From positions 645,836 through 709,835 of the forward strand of contig CP060227.1 of the NCBI GenBank assembly GCA_023898525.1: 64,000 bases of DNA, given 5' to 3'. The notes beneath the pieces are model-generated. The model saw nothing but the letters and a program-made list of their open reading frames with translations. It was not told where the DNA came from and searched no databases. Positions 19,773 through 27,320 of the stretch are shown here, one piece after another (the stretch's first letter is position 1; each line of letters starts with the position of its first letter). The stretch is from Candidatus Nomurabacteria bacterium. GTDB lineage: Bacteria; Patescibacteriota; Minisyncoccia; Phycocordibacterales; UBA918. Both the position numbers and the translations under genes were made by a program.

Positions 19773-20060
19773 TTAGTGATGATGGTGAAGGCCTCCGGAA
19801 ATTAAGCCAAAGGTAATACCACTAAGAATAGCTGACCAAATACCAAAAAATGGATCATAGACAGTGCCATACCCTGGGTAGGGGTCAGCAAATATTATCG
19901 GATCATTATAATATCCCCAGTAACCAGGCTGTGGCGGTATGTTGTATCCGTAGTCATAATAACCACCCATTCCTCCATAATAAGGATGAGGTGTAATAAC
20001 ACAGGCTGATGAAAATGACGCCATTATTAACACCGTAACAACAATTATTAATTTTTTCAT
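19773..20060 (-). CDS. small secreted Tyr/Gly/Pro-rich protein with C-terminal HHHH
   Basis: Signal peptide MKKLIIVVTVLIMASFSSA, YGGMGGYYDYGYN...PGYWGYYNDP low-complexity core, hydrophobic segment and terminal His4. Confidence 0.5.
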   Translation of the reverse strand: MKKLIIVVTVLIMASFSSACVITPHPYYGGMGGYYDYGYNIPPQPGYWGYYNDPIIFADPYPGYGTVYDPFFGIWSAILSGITFGLISGGLHHHH

Positions 20061-20155
20061 GATGAAACCTCCCGTAAAAAGAAACGTTTAGAACAATTTT
20101 ATCTTTATTTAATAGTTTAGTTTGGAAGAATTGTCAACTCATGTCTTTGAAATGA

Positions 20156-20590
20156 TTAGTAAGTGTTACTTTTTTTATGGTGATTAGTTTTAAACATTTC
20201 CGCCAACTTTAAAACACTGGGAAATACATCAAGCTTCCTACAATCTTCCAAGTCAACAAAACGAAGTTCTGTACACTCGTCAGATGGAGTGAAGTTTAAA
20301 TCTTCTAATGTAGTTTCGTATAAAACATTAGCAAACCTAACACCATCACTCTCTCGCCTATCTGTAAGAAAGTAACTGGGTGTATCCGCTACAAAAGTAA
20401 CCTTAAGTCCTGTCTCTTCTTTAATCTCACGTTTTAGATCTTCTTGTGCTGACATACCCCAATCTAATCCTCCGCCAAGTAGTTCCCAGTTACCGTTTTC
20501 TTCTTTGGCAACAAGAAATTTGTTCTTGGTCTCATTTAGAACCAACGCCTTTACACTAACACGATAAAAACACTCGGGTATTGAACTCAT
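20156..20590 (-). CDS. NUDIX hydrolase
   Basis: Nudix box GGGLDWGMSAQEDLKREIKEETGLKV. Confidence 0.8.
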   Translation of the reverse strand: MSSIPECFYRVSVKALVLNETKNKFLVAKEENGNWELLGGGLDWGMSAQEDLKREIKEETGLKVTFVADTPSYFLTDRRESDGVRFANVLYETTLEDLNFTPSDECTELRFVDLEDCRKLDVFPSVLKLAEMFKTNHHKKSNTY

Positions 20591-20689
20591 ATGAAAATAT
20601 TTAGGTTTTTAAGAGGTGCCAAGACGCGTTGTCTCCGGCTCTGTGTGAAGATAGTTTACTTGATTTGATAGAAGATAGCAAAATTGTTT

Positions 20690-21246
20690 ATTCAAAGAAT
20701 ATACCCCACCTTTCAAGGTGGGGCTATTTCGATACAATAGTAGGTAATGTCACCAATTATAAAAAAGTCACACAGTGCTAGTGAACTAGTCTACCACTTT
20801 GTTTTCCCTGTGAAATACAGAAGAAAGATATTTACCGAAGAAAACGAACCAACCCTGAAGGAGTTAGCTTTGGAATTAGAAAAACGTTACGAACTCCACT
20901 TTTTAGAGATAGGTATAGATAAAGATCATGTTCACTTTCTTATCCAAGCAATTCCAAGCTATGCTCCTTCGTATATTGCCAATACTGTTAAAGGAAACAT
21001 TACTAAACGTTTTTTCTTGGCTCATCCAGAGGTAAAGATCTTTCTCTGGGGTGGTAACCTTTGGACTGATGGCTATTACGTTAATACTGTCGGTAACGCT
21101 AATATGTCTATTGTTAAAAACTACGTACAGAATCAAGGTTTACCTGAATACAAACAATTACACCACCAAACTCTCTCGTTGTTTTAACTTAAAACTCTCT
21201 TCATGTGCCACTGATACCCCGTGTCTTCAGGCCGGGGTAGTTCATT
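20690..21246 (+). mobile_element. IS200/IS605-family insertion sequence, copy A (557 bp, identical to 27229-27785)
   Basis: 557-bp exact repeat with subterminal hairpins (ccccacctttcaaggtgggg at the left end; accccgtgtcttcaggccggggt at the right end) enclosing a Y1 transposase. Confidence 0.8.
20747..21187 (+). CDS. tnpA: IS200/IS605 family transposase TnpA (HUH Y1 transposase)
   Basis: 146 aa; HUH motif DHVHFLIQ and catalytic Tyr region TDGYYVNTVGN; 100% identical to 27286-27726. Confidence 0.85.
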   Translation: MSPIIKKSHSASELVYHFVFPVKYRRKIFTEENEPTLKELALELEKRYELHFLEIGIDKDHVHFLIQAIPSYAPSYIANTVKGNITKRFFLAHPEVKIFLWGGNLWTDGYYVNTVGNANMSIVKNYVQNQGLPEYKQLHHQTLSLF

Positions 21247-21299
21247 GACCCTATAAACCCCCAGCACAGCTGGGGTGTACATTTAAAGACAACGTCGTA

Positions 21300-21860
21300 T
21301 TACGATTAAGTCCTCCCTGACAAGGGAGGACTTAATCGCTTAATACATAATACGTATGTCATATCACAAACGTACCATTAGAACATTATCACACTGTTTC
21401 TACGATCTGATATATCACATCGTCTGGACACCTAAATACCGAGGTAAGGTACTGGATAAACCAAAAGTAAAACAAGAAGTCAGTCGCACCATAGGTCAAA
21501 TATGCAAATGGAAACAGTGGGAAATAATAGAGTTAAACATCCAAGATGATCATATCCATCTTATACTTTTAACTTCACCACGTTACTCCATATCGTATGT
21601 GATGCAAATAATCAAAGGAAAATCATCAGCTTGGATGAAGAAGAAAATCAAAAACACCGATAAACTCTATGATCGAGGTTCACTCTGGGCCAGAGGTTAT
21701 TTTGTATCAAGTATTGGTCTAGATGAACACCTGATACGTCGCTACGTACGTCATCAGTACGATAAGAATCAACTAGAACAACCATCGTTGTTTAATCTCT
21801 TTAAGTGATGCTGGCATCGCCAGCTATTATGAAGCCACTGGACCTTAGTCCGGTGGTTTG
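21300..21860 (+). mobile_element. second, divergent IS200/IS605-family element
   Basis: Left hairpin ttaagtcctccc-tgacaa-gggaggacttaa (21310-21339), right-end hairpins (gctggcatcgccagc, ccactggaccttagtccggtgg) flanking a distinct TnpA; boundaries approximate. Confidence 0.6.
21356..21808 (+). CDS. tnpA: IS200/IS605 family transposase TnpA (second, divergent paralog)
   Basis: YDLIYHIVWTPKYR..., HUH motif DDHIHLIL, Tyr region WARGYFVSSIG. Confidence 0.8.
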   Translation: MSYHKRTIRTLSHCFYDLIYHIVWTPKYRGKVLDKPKVKQEVSRTIGQICKWKQWEIIELNIQDDHIHLILLTSPRYSISYVMQIIKGKSSAWMKKKIKNTDKLYDRGSLWARGYFVSSIGLDEHLIRRYVRHQYDKNQLEQPSLFNLFK

Positions 21861-22132
21861 TCACTTCCTGATGTAAATTTGTATAATTTTCTGTCGTCTG
21901 ACCAGGTTTCTAATGTGCACTGAATATCACTAAAAACAATTATATACTCCCCTATCAAGGGGTACATATTTTTCATATATTTATAGTTTGGATATACTTC
22001 TGGTTCTTTTTTATTAGTCATAAAAGGTTGGGTATATTTATCATATATAAAATAATTCCAACTTAAACATGAGGCCACAATTTTACAGATTATTCTATAG
22101 AAATATCTTCTGGTTTCCAAAAACATCTGCAA
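21845..22132 (-). CDS. hypothetical protein
   Basis: 95-aa ORF overlapping the 3' end of the next gene by about 40 nt; weak. Confidence 0.25.
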   Translation of the reverse strand: MQMFLETRRYFYRIICKIVASCLSWNYFIYDKYTQPFMTNKKEPEVYPNYKYMKNMYPLIGEYIIVFSDIQCTLETWSDDRKLYKFTSGSDKPPD

Positions 22133-22560
22133 TGTTTACTTTTACAATCTCTAATATGAGCATTATTCATGACAAATGAAATTTCTTTAGGAGTAGAAAA
22201 AGGATATGCTTTTTGACTCATTTCCTTACATATGTCACAAACGTACTCATCCTCTGCAGTAAATAATCGAACGCTTTTTACAACTCCTGATTGTGACATA
22301 TGCCTTATGTTGTTTCTAGCTTCATGTAGAGAACCCTCATAATCTTGACCATTATTTTTTAATGCCCATTCATGCATAATAAAAGGTAAATCTGATTTCT
22401 TAACCCATTTCTTTTCTCCAGAAACTAAAGTTCTTGCATAGATATCCTCACCACATTTTGGACATTTTTTCTTTCTTGTTGGATTACTTACGTCCGTATT
22501 GCAATAAGGACAATTTGTATATGTTTTTAAAACGGTTTCCTTTTTGAATAAGCCAAACAT
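22090..22560 (-). CDS. hypothetical zinc-ribbon protein
   Basis: Start reassigned to MFGLFKK (22560) because the longer ORF reads through the repeat element; CPYC..CPKC N-terminal zinc ribbon and C-terminal CDIC...CKSKHCRC cysteine cluster. Confidence 0.5.
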   Translation of the reverse strand: MFGLFKKETVLKTYTNCPYCNTDVSNPTRKKKCPKCGEDIYARTLVSGEKKWVKKSDLPFIMHEWALKNNGQDYEGSLHEARNNIRHMSQSGVVKSVRLFTAEDEYVCDICKEMSQKAYPFSTPKEISFVMNNAHIRDCKSKHCRCFWKPEDISIE

Positions 22561-22580
22561 TATATATTGATTATAACAAA

Positions 22581-22735
22581 GCGGGTGAGAAGAATCGGTC
22601 ACCTTCGCATCAATATTTTGTTCGACCAAGGGTCTCCAAAATATTGTGCTACGCGACCCCGTCGCTTCATACCGAAGCAAAAAGTGTTTTGCTTCAGGCT
22701 TCGCATGAAGCTCTTTTCGATTCTTCTCACCCGCA
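22581..22735. repeat. tRNA-Gly(TCC) 3'-end-associated structured element, copy 1
   Basis: Termini are a direct 17-nt copy (gcgggtgagaagaatcg, identical to 30607-30623 inside tRNA-Gly-TCC) and an inverted copy (cgattcttctcacccgca) of the tRNA 3' end; ~120-bp core shared with 43461-43608, with compensatory changes in three stems. Confidence 0.7.
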
Positions 22736-22786
22736 CAAATGGCCGGCCGAAACGCGAAAGCGTTTCGGCCGGCCATTTGTGCGGGC
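22730..22786. other. perfect GC-rich inverted repeat (26-bp arms)
   Basis: cccgcacaaatggccggccgaaacgc-gaaag-gcgtttcggccggccatttgtgcggg, starting inside the inverted tRNA-end fragment; lies just 3' of the minus-strand CYTH gene. Confidence 0.6.
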
Positions 22787-22849
22787 TATTCAACGATGTT
22801 CGAACTTTTTTAATGAAAATGACCACCCCAAATTGAGGTGGCCAAGGAA

Positions 22850-23455
22850 TTATTGGAATGGATTTTCCATTCCAAAAGTAATTAAAGGTGTTCCGTTATT
22901 GATTACATCTTTTGAAACACCGTATTTATCTTCATAGAGCTGGTCTACCGCGCAAAACTTTGCATCAGACCACTGAAACCCCAGTTTTTCAGACACTGTT
23001 CTCACAACATCCTCTGAAACACCCTCAACCTCCACGAATGAATCGAGAAATGGCCATGTGTCTATTGTCACTTCGACACCATCAAGCAACCAAAGCTCCC
23101 TCAAGGTTTCTTGATAAGCCTTTCGTACACACCCAAGCGACTCGAGCAAGAGTTCAGCGTTTTCGAATGAGTCCACTTGTACACAGACCTCTTTTTGGTC
23201 ATGTATAGCATCACCTCCTACTGATTTAACACTGACTGTGATTTTATCTGACTCGTCTCGTACACGAGCCCATCCATTTACCACCTGCGAGGTTGCTGGA
23301 AGATTGAAAACACTTCTCTTCTGCAAGAATTCACTCTTTTGAAGTTTCGCTCCAGCAGATGAAAGTTTTTCTCTGATTATCTCTTTATCCACCTTAACAA
23401 AGGTAGCTTCGTATTCGATTTGCATATTTTCTCCAACTGGTTTCAAATTCTCCAC
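22850..23455 (-). CDS. CYTH-domain protein (triphosphate tunnel metalloenzyme / class IV adenylyl cyclase-like)
   Basis: N-terminal MQIEYEATFVKV (ExE-type strand) and C-terminal acidic strand VTIDTWPFLDSFVEVEGVSED typical of CYTH; paralogous to the next gene. Confidence 0.6.
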   Translation of the reverse strand: MENLKPVGENMQIEYEATFVKVDKEIIREKLSSAGAKLQKSEFLQKRSVFNLPATSQVVNGWARVRDESDKITVSVKSVGGDAIHDQKEVCVQVDSFENAELLLESLGCVRKAYQETLRELWLLDGVEVTIDTWPFLDSFVEVEGVSEDVVRTVSEKLGFQWSDAKFCAVDQLYEDKYGVSKDVINNGTPLITFGMENPFQ

Positions 23456-23497
23456 AAAATTTATATCACAAATATTGTGTTTGTAAATATCTAGAAA

Positions 23498-24049
23498 TTA
23501 TTCGCACTTATCGAATGTAAAGTAACGGAAGTTCGACACATCGTAACCATAATTCTCAATAATTTTCTTTGGGTCTATAAAAAGCGCCTTGTTCCAATCT
23601 AATCCTAACTTTTCAGCAATATCTTTGACGTGTTGCTCTGTATCTCCCTCAATTTCAAGCATTGGTGGTATTTTTGGCCAAGAATCAATATCTAATACCA
23701 CGCCATCAAACTTAATCTTTCTCCTCTTTTTCTGCTGAACTCTGAAAGGTATAAGTTCCATTTTTTCTAAAAAGGCTTTGAGCTGCTCTGGCTTATCTAC
23801 TGTAAATTCTATTTCTTCTGCACCATCAATTGTATCTGCTGTGATTTGCTTGTGGGTAAAAATGTGTTTTCCATCATAGCTTCTAATACGTGCGTATCTT
23901 CCAGTAGGACTCCAAGTCAAATCCTTATCATAAAAAATTGTCTCCTCGAGCAAATGTTCACCCAAATCAACACCGCCAAGTGAAACAGCTTTTGCAACAA
24001 TCTCCTCGATGTCTATCTCAATAAATCTTGCTTCTATTTCAGTTACCAT
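23498..24049 (-). CDS. CYTH-domain protein (triphosphate tunnel metalloenzyme / class IV adenylyl cyclase-like)
   Basis: MVTEIEARFIEIDIEEI (ExExK/R motif), RYARIRSYDGKHIFTHK, VVLDIDSWPKIPPMLEIEGDTEQ, the CYTH signature strands. Confidence 0.75.
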   Translation of the reverse strand: MVTEIEARFIEIDIEEIVAKAVSLGGVDLGEHLLEETIFYDKDLTWSPTGRYARIRSYDGKHIFTHKQITADTIDGAEEIEFTVDKPEQLKAFLEKMELIPFRVQQKKRRKIKFDGVVLDIDSWPKIPPMLEIEGDTEQHVKDIAEKLGLDWNKALFIDPKKIIENYGYDVSNFRYFTFDKCE

Positions 24050-24057
24050 ATATCTCT

Positions 24058-25098
24058 TTAATTATCTCTTCTAATAACCATCATTTGTTTTGTGTCTCTA
24101 ATACCAGCATTTGTCATACTGTCCATAAATTGACTGTACTCTTTGCGTTCAACAGATTCTGAAGACTCAATCACCAAAGATTTTTGTTCGTCTGAAAGCG
24201 AAACCACCATTTCTATCATTTCTCCAAGACTACGATAAGTATAAATTTCAGACCCCTCCCTTCTTTGCCAAGCGTCAAAAATAAAAGATTCCTGACCTAG
24301 TTCTTGAATAGCAGACTCAAGTCTTGACTGCTCGTACGCACCAGACTCGATTTCACCTAAAATATGTTTGAGTGATTCTCCATATTTTTGAAGTAACGCA
24401 TAATCTAGAAAAGAAACGACGTGTCTCTGCATTTCTCGATGGTAGTGGACTGAAGCAACAGCCTCTGCTCCCTCTCCAATATTCCACATTTCATCAGATA
24501 CCTGATTTACCTTAAGAAATTTCTCTCTAAAGCCACTATCAAAATTTTTTAAGAAGTCTATTAGCGCCGGATTATACTCACCAGATAACAACTCTTGTGA
24601 ATTATCAGGCAGTCCAACATCACGATAAAAAATACGACCACCTTCAGTTAAGTGTGCCGTAAGCTTATCAAAAACTTCTCTCAAGTAGTCACTAACACTT
24701 ACAGTTCCTTCAAGAAAATCTTTATTGTATGAGATAACTTCGTGAATAACCGCAGAAACATTTATCGCAGAAAATGACCTTTCCGCAAACGGAAGCGCTG
24801 TTAAATTGGCAGCTACTCCAAACACTTTATCTTCTGGCTTATGAACACGTCTAACTAATGGTTCTAGAATATCAATTGCATACACTTCTAAATCAGGGTC
24901 TTTTATATCACGTTTTATTTTTTCAACCCCTTGACCACCACCAACACCAACCTCCATAACCCGAACCGTTCCGTCAATCCTGGGTAGCGACTCAGAATCT
25001 AATGCTTTAATGAGCATTCCAACCTTTTCATCAATACCGCCTTTAAGCTGTTCAAGATATTCCGTGTCACCTTTTTCGTTTTTTGAGAAAGTTTCCAT
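24058..25098 (-). CDS. class I SAM-dependent methyltransferase with large uncharacterised C-terminal domain
   Basis: Rossmann motif I VMEVGVGGGQGVEKI, acidic motif II (VYAIDI); start set to METFSK (25098), which follows a terminator hairpin; about 200 aa of unassigned C-terminal sequence. Confidence 0.7.
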   Translation of the reverse strand: METFSKNEKGDTEYLEQLKGGIDEKVGMLIKALDSESLPRIDGTVRVMEVGVGGGQGVEKIKRDIKDPDLEVYAIDILEPLVRRVHKPEDKVFGVAANLTALPFAERSFSAINVSAVIHEVISYNKDFLEGTVSVSDYLREVFDKLTAHLTEGGRIFYRDVGLPDNSQELLSGEYNPALIDFLKNFDSGFREKFLKVNQVSDEMWNIGEGAEAVASVHYHREMQRHVVSFLDYALLQKYGESLKHILGEIESGAYEQSRLESAIQELGQESFIFDAWQRREGSEIYTYRSLGEMIEMVVSLSDEQKSLVIESSESVERKEYSQFMDSMTNAGIRDTKQMMVIRRDN

Positions 25099-25127
25099 AA
25101 AAAAGCAGAGGGTACTAGCCCCTCTGC
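25099..25127 (-). terminator. intrinsic terminator between tmk-like gene and methyltransferase (minus strand)
   Basis: gcagagggtactagcccctctgc hairpin followed by a T-run on the minus strand. Confidence 0.55.
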
Positions 25128-25148
25128 CCAATCATACTATGCTCATCA

Positions 25149-25694
25149 CTAGAATGCCATTTTAACGACCATTTCTGTACATTGCTCAACTGAAAAACTC
25201 TTAGTGTCGAGCGAAACAAATGGCTGCTTTTCAAGAACCAAATTCCTGAACAAAGCTTGTGTTAAATCAAACTGTTTATCCAGAACTCTTTTGTCACCAG
25301 CATCCATACCTCGAGCAACTATCCGCTGGATTTGTGTGTCGGCGTCAGCCACCAAAAGTACAGTCAGGTCTGGTTTAAGAATGGTTGCAAAATCATCGTC
25401 AGTGACCGTTGCACCCATTACCTGATGATAAGTGAGTGTGCTAATCCAGTAGCGGTCACATATCACGTGTTTACCAGAACGCACTAACTCGGAAACCTCT
25501 TCTGAAGCATCCTGAATTGCATTCCGATAGAAAGCATAGTGTTCATCAGCACTAGCATCTCTATGCAACTTTTCGCTGTATTTTTGATACTTCTTCGGCG
25601 GCGTAGCATATGCAACCCCGCCAACCTTATCAGCGATACGTGTAACTAGCGTGCTTTTTCCTGTGCCATCAGCACCTTCAAGTACAAGGAACAT
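25149..25694 (-). CDS. tmk: thymidylate kinase-like P-loop kinase
   Basis: MFLVLEGADGTGKSTLV P-loop, DRYWISTLTYHQ (Tmk DRY/NMP-binding-like), lid-like RIVARGMDAGDKR; 181 aa, shorter than typical Tmk. Confidence 0.7.
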   Translation of the reverse strand: MFLVLEGADGTGKSTLVTRIADKVGGVAYATPPKKYQKYSEKLHRDASADEHYAFYRNAIQDASEEVSELVRSGKHVICDRYWISTLTYHQVMGATVTDDDFATILKPDLTVLLVADADTQIQRIVARGMDAGDKRVLDKQFDLTQALFRNLVLEKQPFVSLDTKSFSVEQCTEMVVKMAF

Positions 25695-25748
25695 TTTTCA
25701 CCTCCAGATTTAAGGAAAATTTGCTAGCGTAAAAATAGTACAATAATT

Positions 25749-26300
25749 TTAATATGTCAATGTTTGTTTCTCAATCTCAGAAAGGACAGTTGAGACGGAG
25801 ATTTTAAAATTGTCACCAACCTGAACCCTATATAAAGGTAGTTCAGCATCTTCAAACACATCATCTACAAGTTGGTCGCGTTCCATACGGCTAGGCTTGT
25901 TGTGTGAACTTCCATCCAGCTCAATTGCAATTAGTGGTGTCATCTTGTCGTTACAAATCAAAAAATCAACGTGTTTAGGTAGTATCTGGTTACGCCTCTG
26001 ATAGTAACCATTTCCGTTCACTACATCCACTATGTCAGCTATACGCATTTTAGGAAAAATAAATAAATTGTCTGGTAGGCCAGATAGTAAAGATTGAAAT
26101 AGAGCCATTTCACTATCGTTCATGACCACTGCTTTCTTTTTGTATTCACGTTGCTTTTCAATAACCACTTCTTTAACCACCTTTTGTTTAAAGGGCGAAA
26201 TTAACTTAAAGAATAGCCACTTAATGAACAAAGCACAAAGCAGCAAGAAAATGACCAGAAAGACCAGATTGAAAAGTAGTTGTAGTAAGTTAGTTTCCAT
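25749..26300 (-). CDS. membrane-anchored DUF2726-domain protein (restriction-endonuclease-like fold)
   Basis: N-terminal TM, then ALFQSLLSGLPDNLFIFPKMRIADIV...VDFLICNDKMTPLIAIELDGSSHNKPSRMERDQLVDDVFEDAELPLYR, matching the DUF2726 pattern (VDFvlcD...PllaIElDdssH...R). Confidence 0.6.
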   Translation of the reverse strand: METNLLQLLFNLVFLVIFLLLCALFIKWLFFKLISPFKQKVVKEVVIEKQREYKKKAVVMNDSEMALFQSLLSGLPDNLFIFPKMRIADIVDVVNGNGYYQRRNQILPKHVDFLICNDKMTPLIAIELDGSSHNKPSRMERDQLVDDVFEDAELPLYRVQVGDNFKISVSTVLSEIEKQTLTY

Positions 26301-26355
26301 ACCTGCTAACTATAGTATGTAGAACCAGAGGTAGCAATTACATACGCTGTGTGTA

Positions 26356-26562
26356 ATGAAACCACGGTTACTAGTTAAGTTTGGAAATACAATCCGTAAA
26401 CTACGAGAGGAGCGTGGTTTGTCCCAAGAACGGTTAGGTGAGATAGCCAAAGTTCACCGCACCTATGTAGGAATGATAGAGCGTGCAGAAAAGAACATCA
26501 CTTTCACAAACATTGAAAAATTTGCAAAAGCCCTTAAAGTAGACATCAAAGACTTATTTTAA
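26356..26562 (+). CDS. XRE-family helix-turn-helix transcriptional regulator
   Basis: 68 aa; NTIRKLREERGLSQERLGEIAKVHRTYVGMIERAEKN, canonical HTH_XRE; divergent from the DUF2726 gene. Confidence 0.8.
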   Translation: MKPRLLVKFGNTIRKLREERGLSQERLGEIAKVHRTYVGMIERAEKNITFTNIEKFAKALKVDIKDLF

Positions 26563-26564
26563 GG

Positions 26565-27320
26565 ATGGAAACTGCAAATATACTAGACAGAAAACTTGCT
26601 GCTATAGAAACCAGTCAGACTGACACTGACTGTTTTAAGCATATCCACGGCTACATAAAATACATACTCGAAACACCAGAGCTGAAAGCAATTCTTGATA
26701 CTGAAGAAAAAGATTTCTACAGAAAAGTTAAGTTCACAGATGACAATATCAAACTAGAACAAGCTAATTATTATCAAGCGTATTTTGTTGCATCGTACGT
26801 CCGTATTTATCTCCCAATCGAACACTACTGGAACAGCAACGAACAAGATGAAAAACAAGACCCTGTTGCACTGCTTTTAATTTGGGGGCCAAAACACCCA
26901 CGAACTATGAAATGGGTGAACGGTCATGATTTCTTTTCTAAAAGAGAACAGCTCAAACAACTTAAAAGCTATTGGCAGTGGTTTGATGGTCAGCGTGATT
27001 TTTACATCAGTGAAATCAAAAACCTACACCTTGCCTTGATTACAGAATTATCTAAACAGAAAGCATTGCCAACTGTGGCCGATGAAAAGCCAGATGTTTT
27101 TCAGATGAACTTAGAAACAGGCGACTTTAATCTTGGTGGTGTTACTGGAACGTTGAACATAACAACCCAAGAATTTAGAGTGATGGCAAAATTATATACA
27201 GCACCCAATCATCGTATGCCATATCTTGATTCAAAGAATATACCCCACCTTTCAAGGTGGGGCTATTTCGATACAATAGTAGGTAATGTCACCAATTATA
27301 AAAAAGTCACACAGTGCTAG
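26565..27320 (+). CDS. hypothetical protein; C-terminal ~25 aa encoded by the IS200 left end
   Basis: 251-aa ORF immediately after the XRE gene; its last residues (...NIPHLSRWGYFDTIVGNVTNYKKVTQC) come from IS200 copy B, suggesting IS insertion into the gene's 3' end. Confidence 0.5.
   Translation: METANILDRKLAAIETSQTDTDCFKHIHGYIKYILETPELKAILDTEEKDFYRKVKFTDDNIKLEQANYYQAYFVASYVRIYLPIEHYWNSNEQDEKQDPVALLLIWGPKHPRTMKWVNGHDFFSKREQLKQLKSYWQWFDGQRDFYISEIKNLHLALITELSKQKALPTVADEKPDVFQMNLETGDFNLGGVTGTLNITTQEFRVMAKLYTAPNHRMPYLDSKNIPHLSRWGYFDTIVGNVTNYKKVTQC

Noticed and set aside
22561-22776. N-terminal 72 codons of ORF 22090-22776, and small ORFs 22567-22937
   Set aside because: They read straight through the structured tRNA-associated repeat and its GC palindrome. 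A good start (MFGLFKK) with the zinc-ribbon motif begins right after the repeat.
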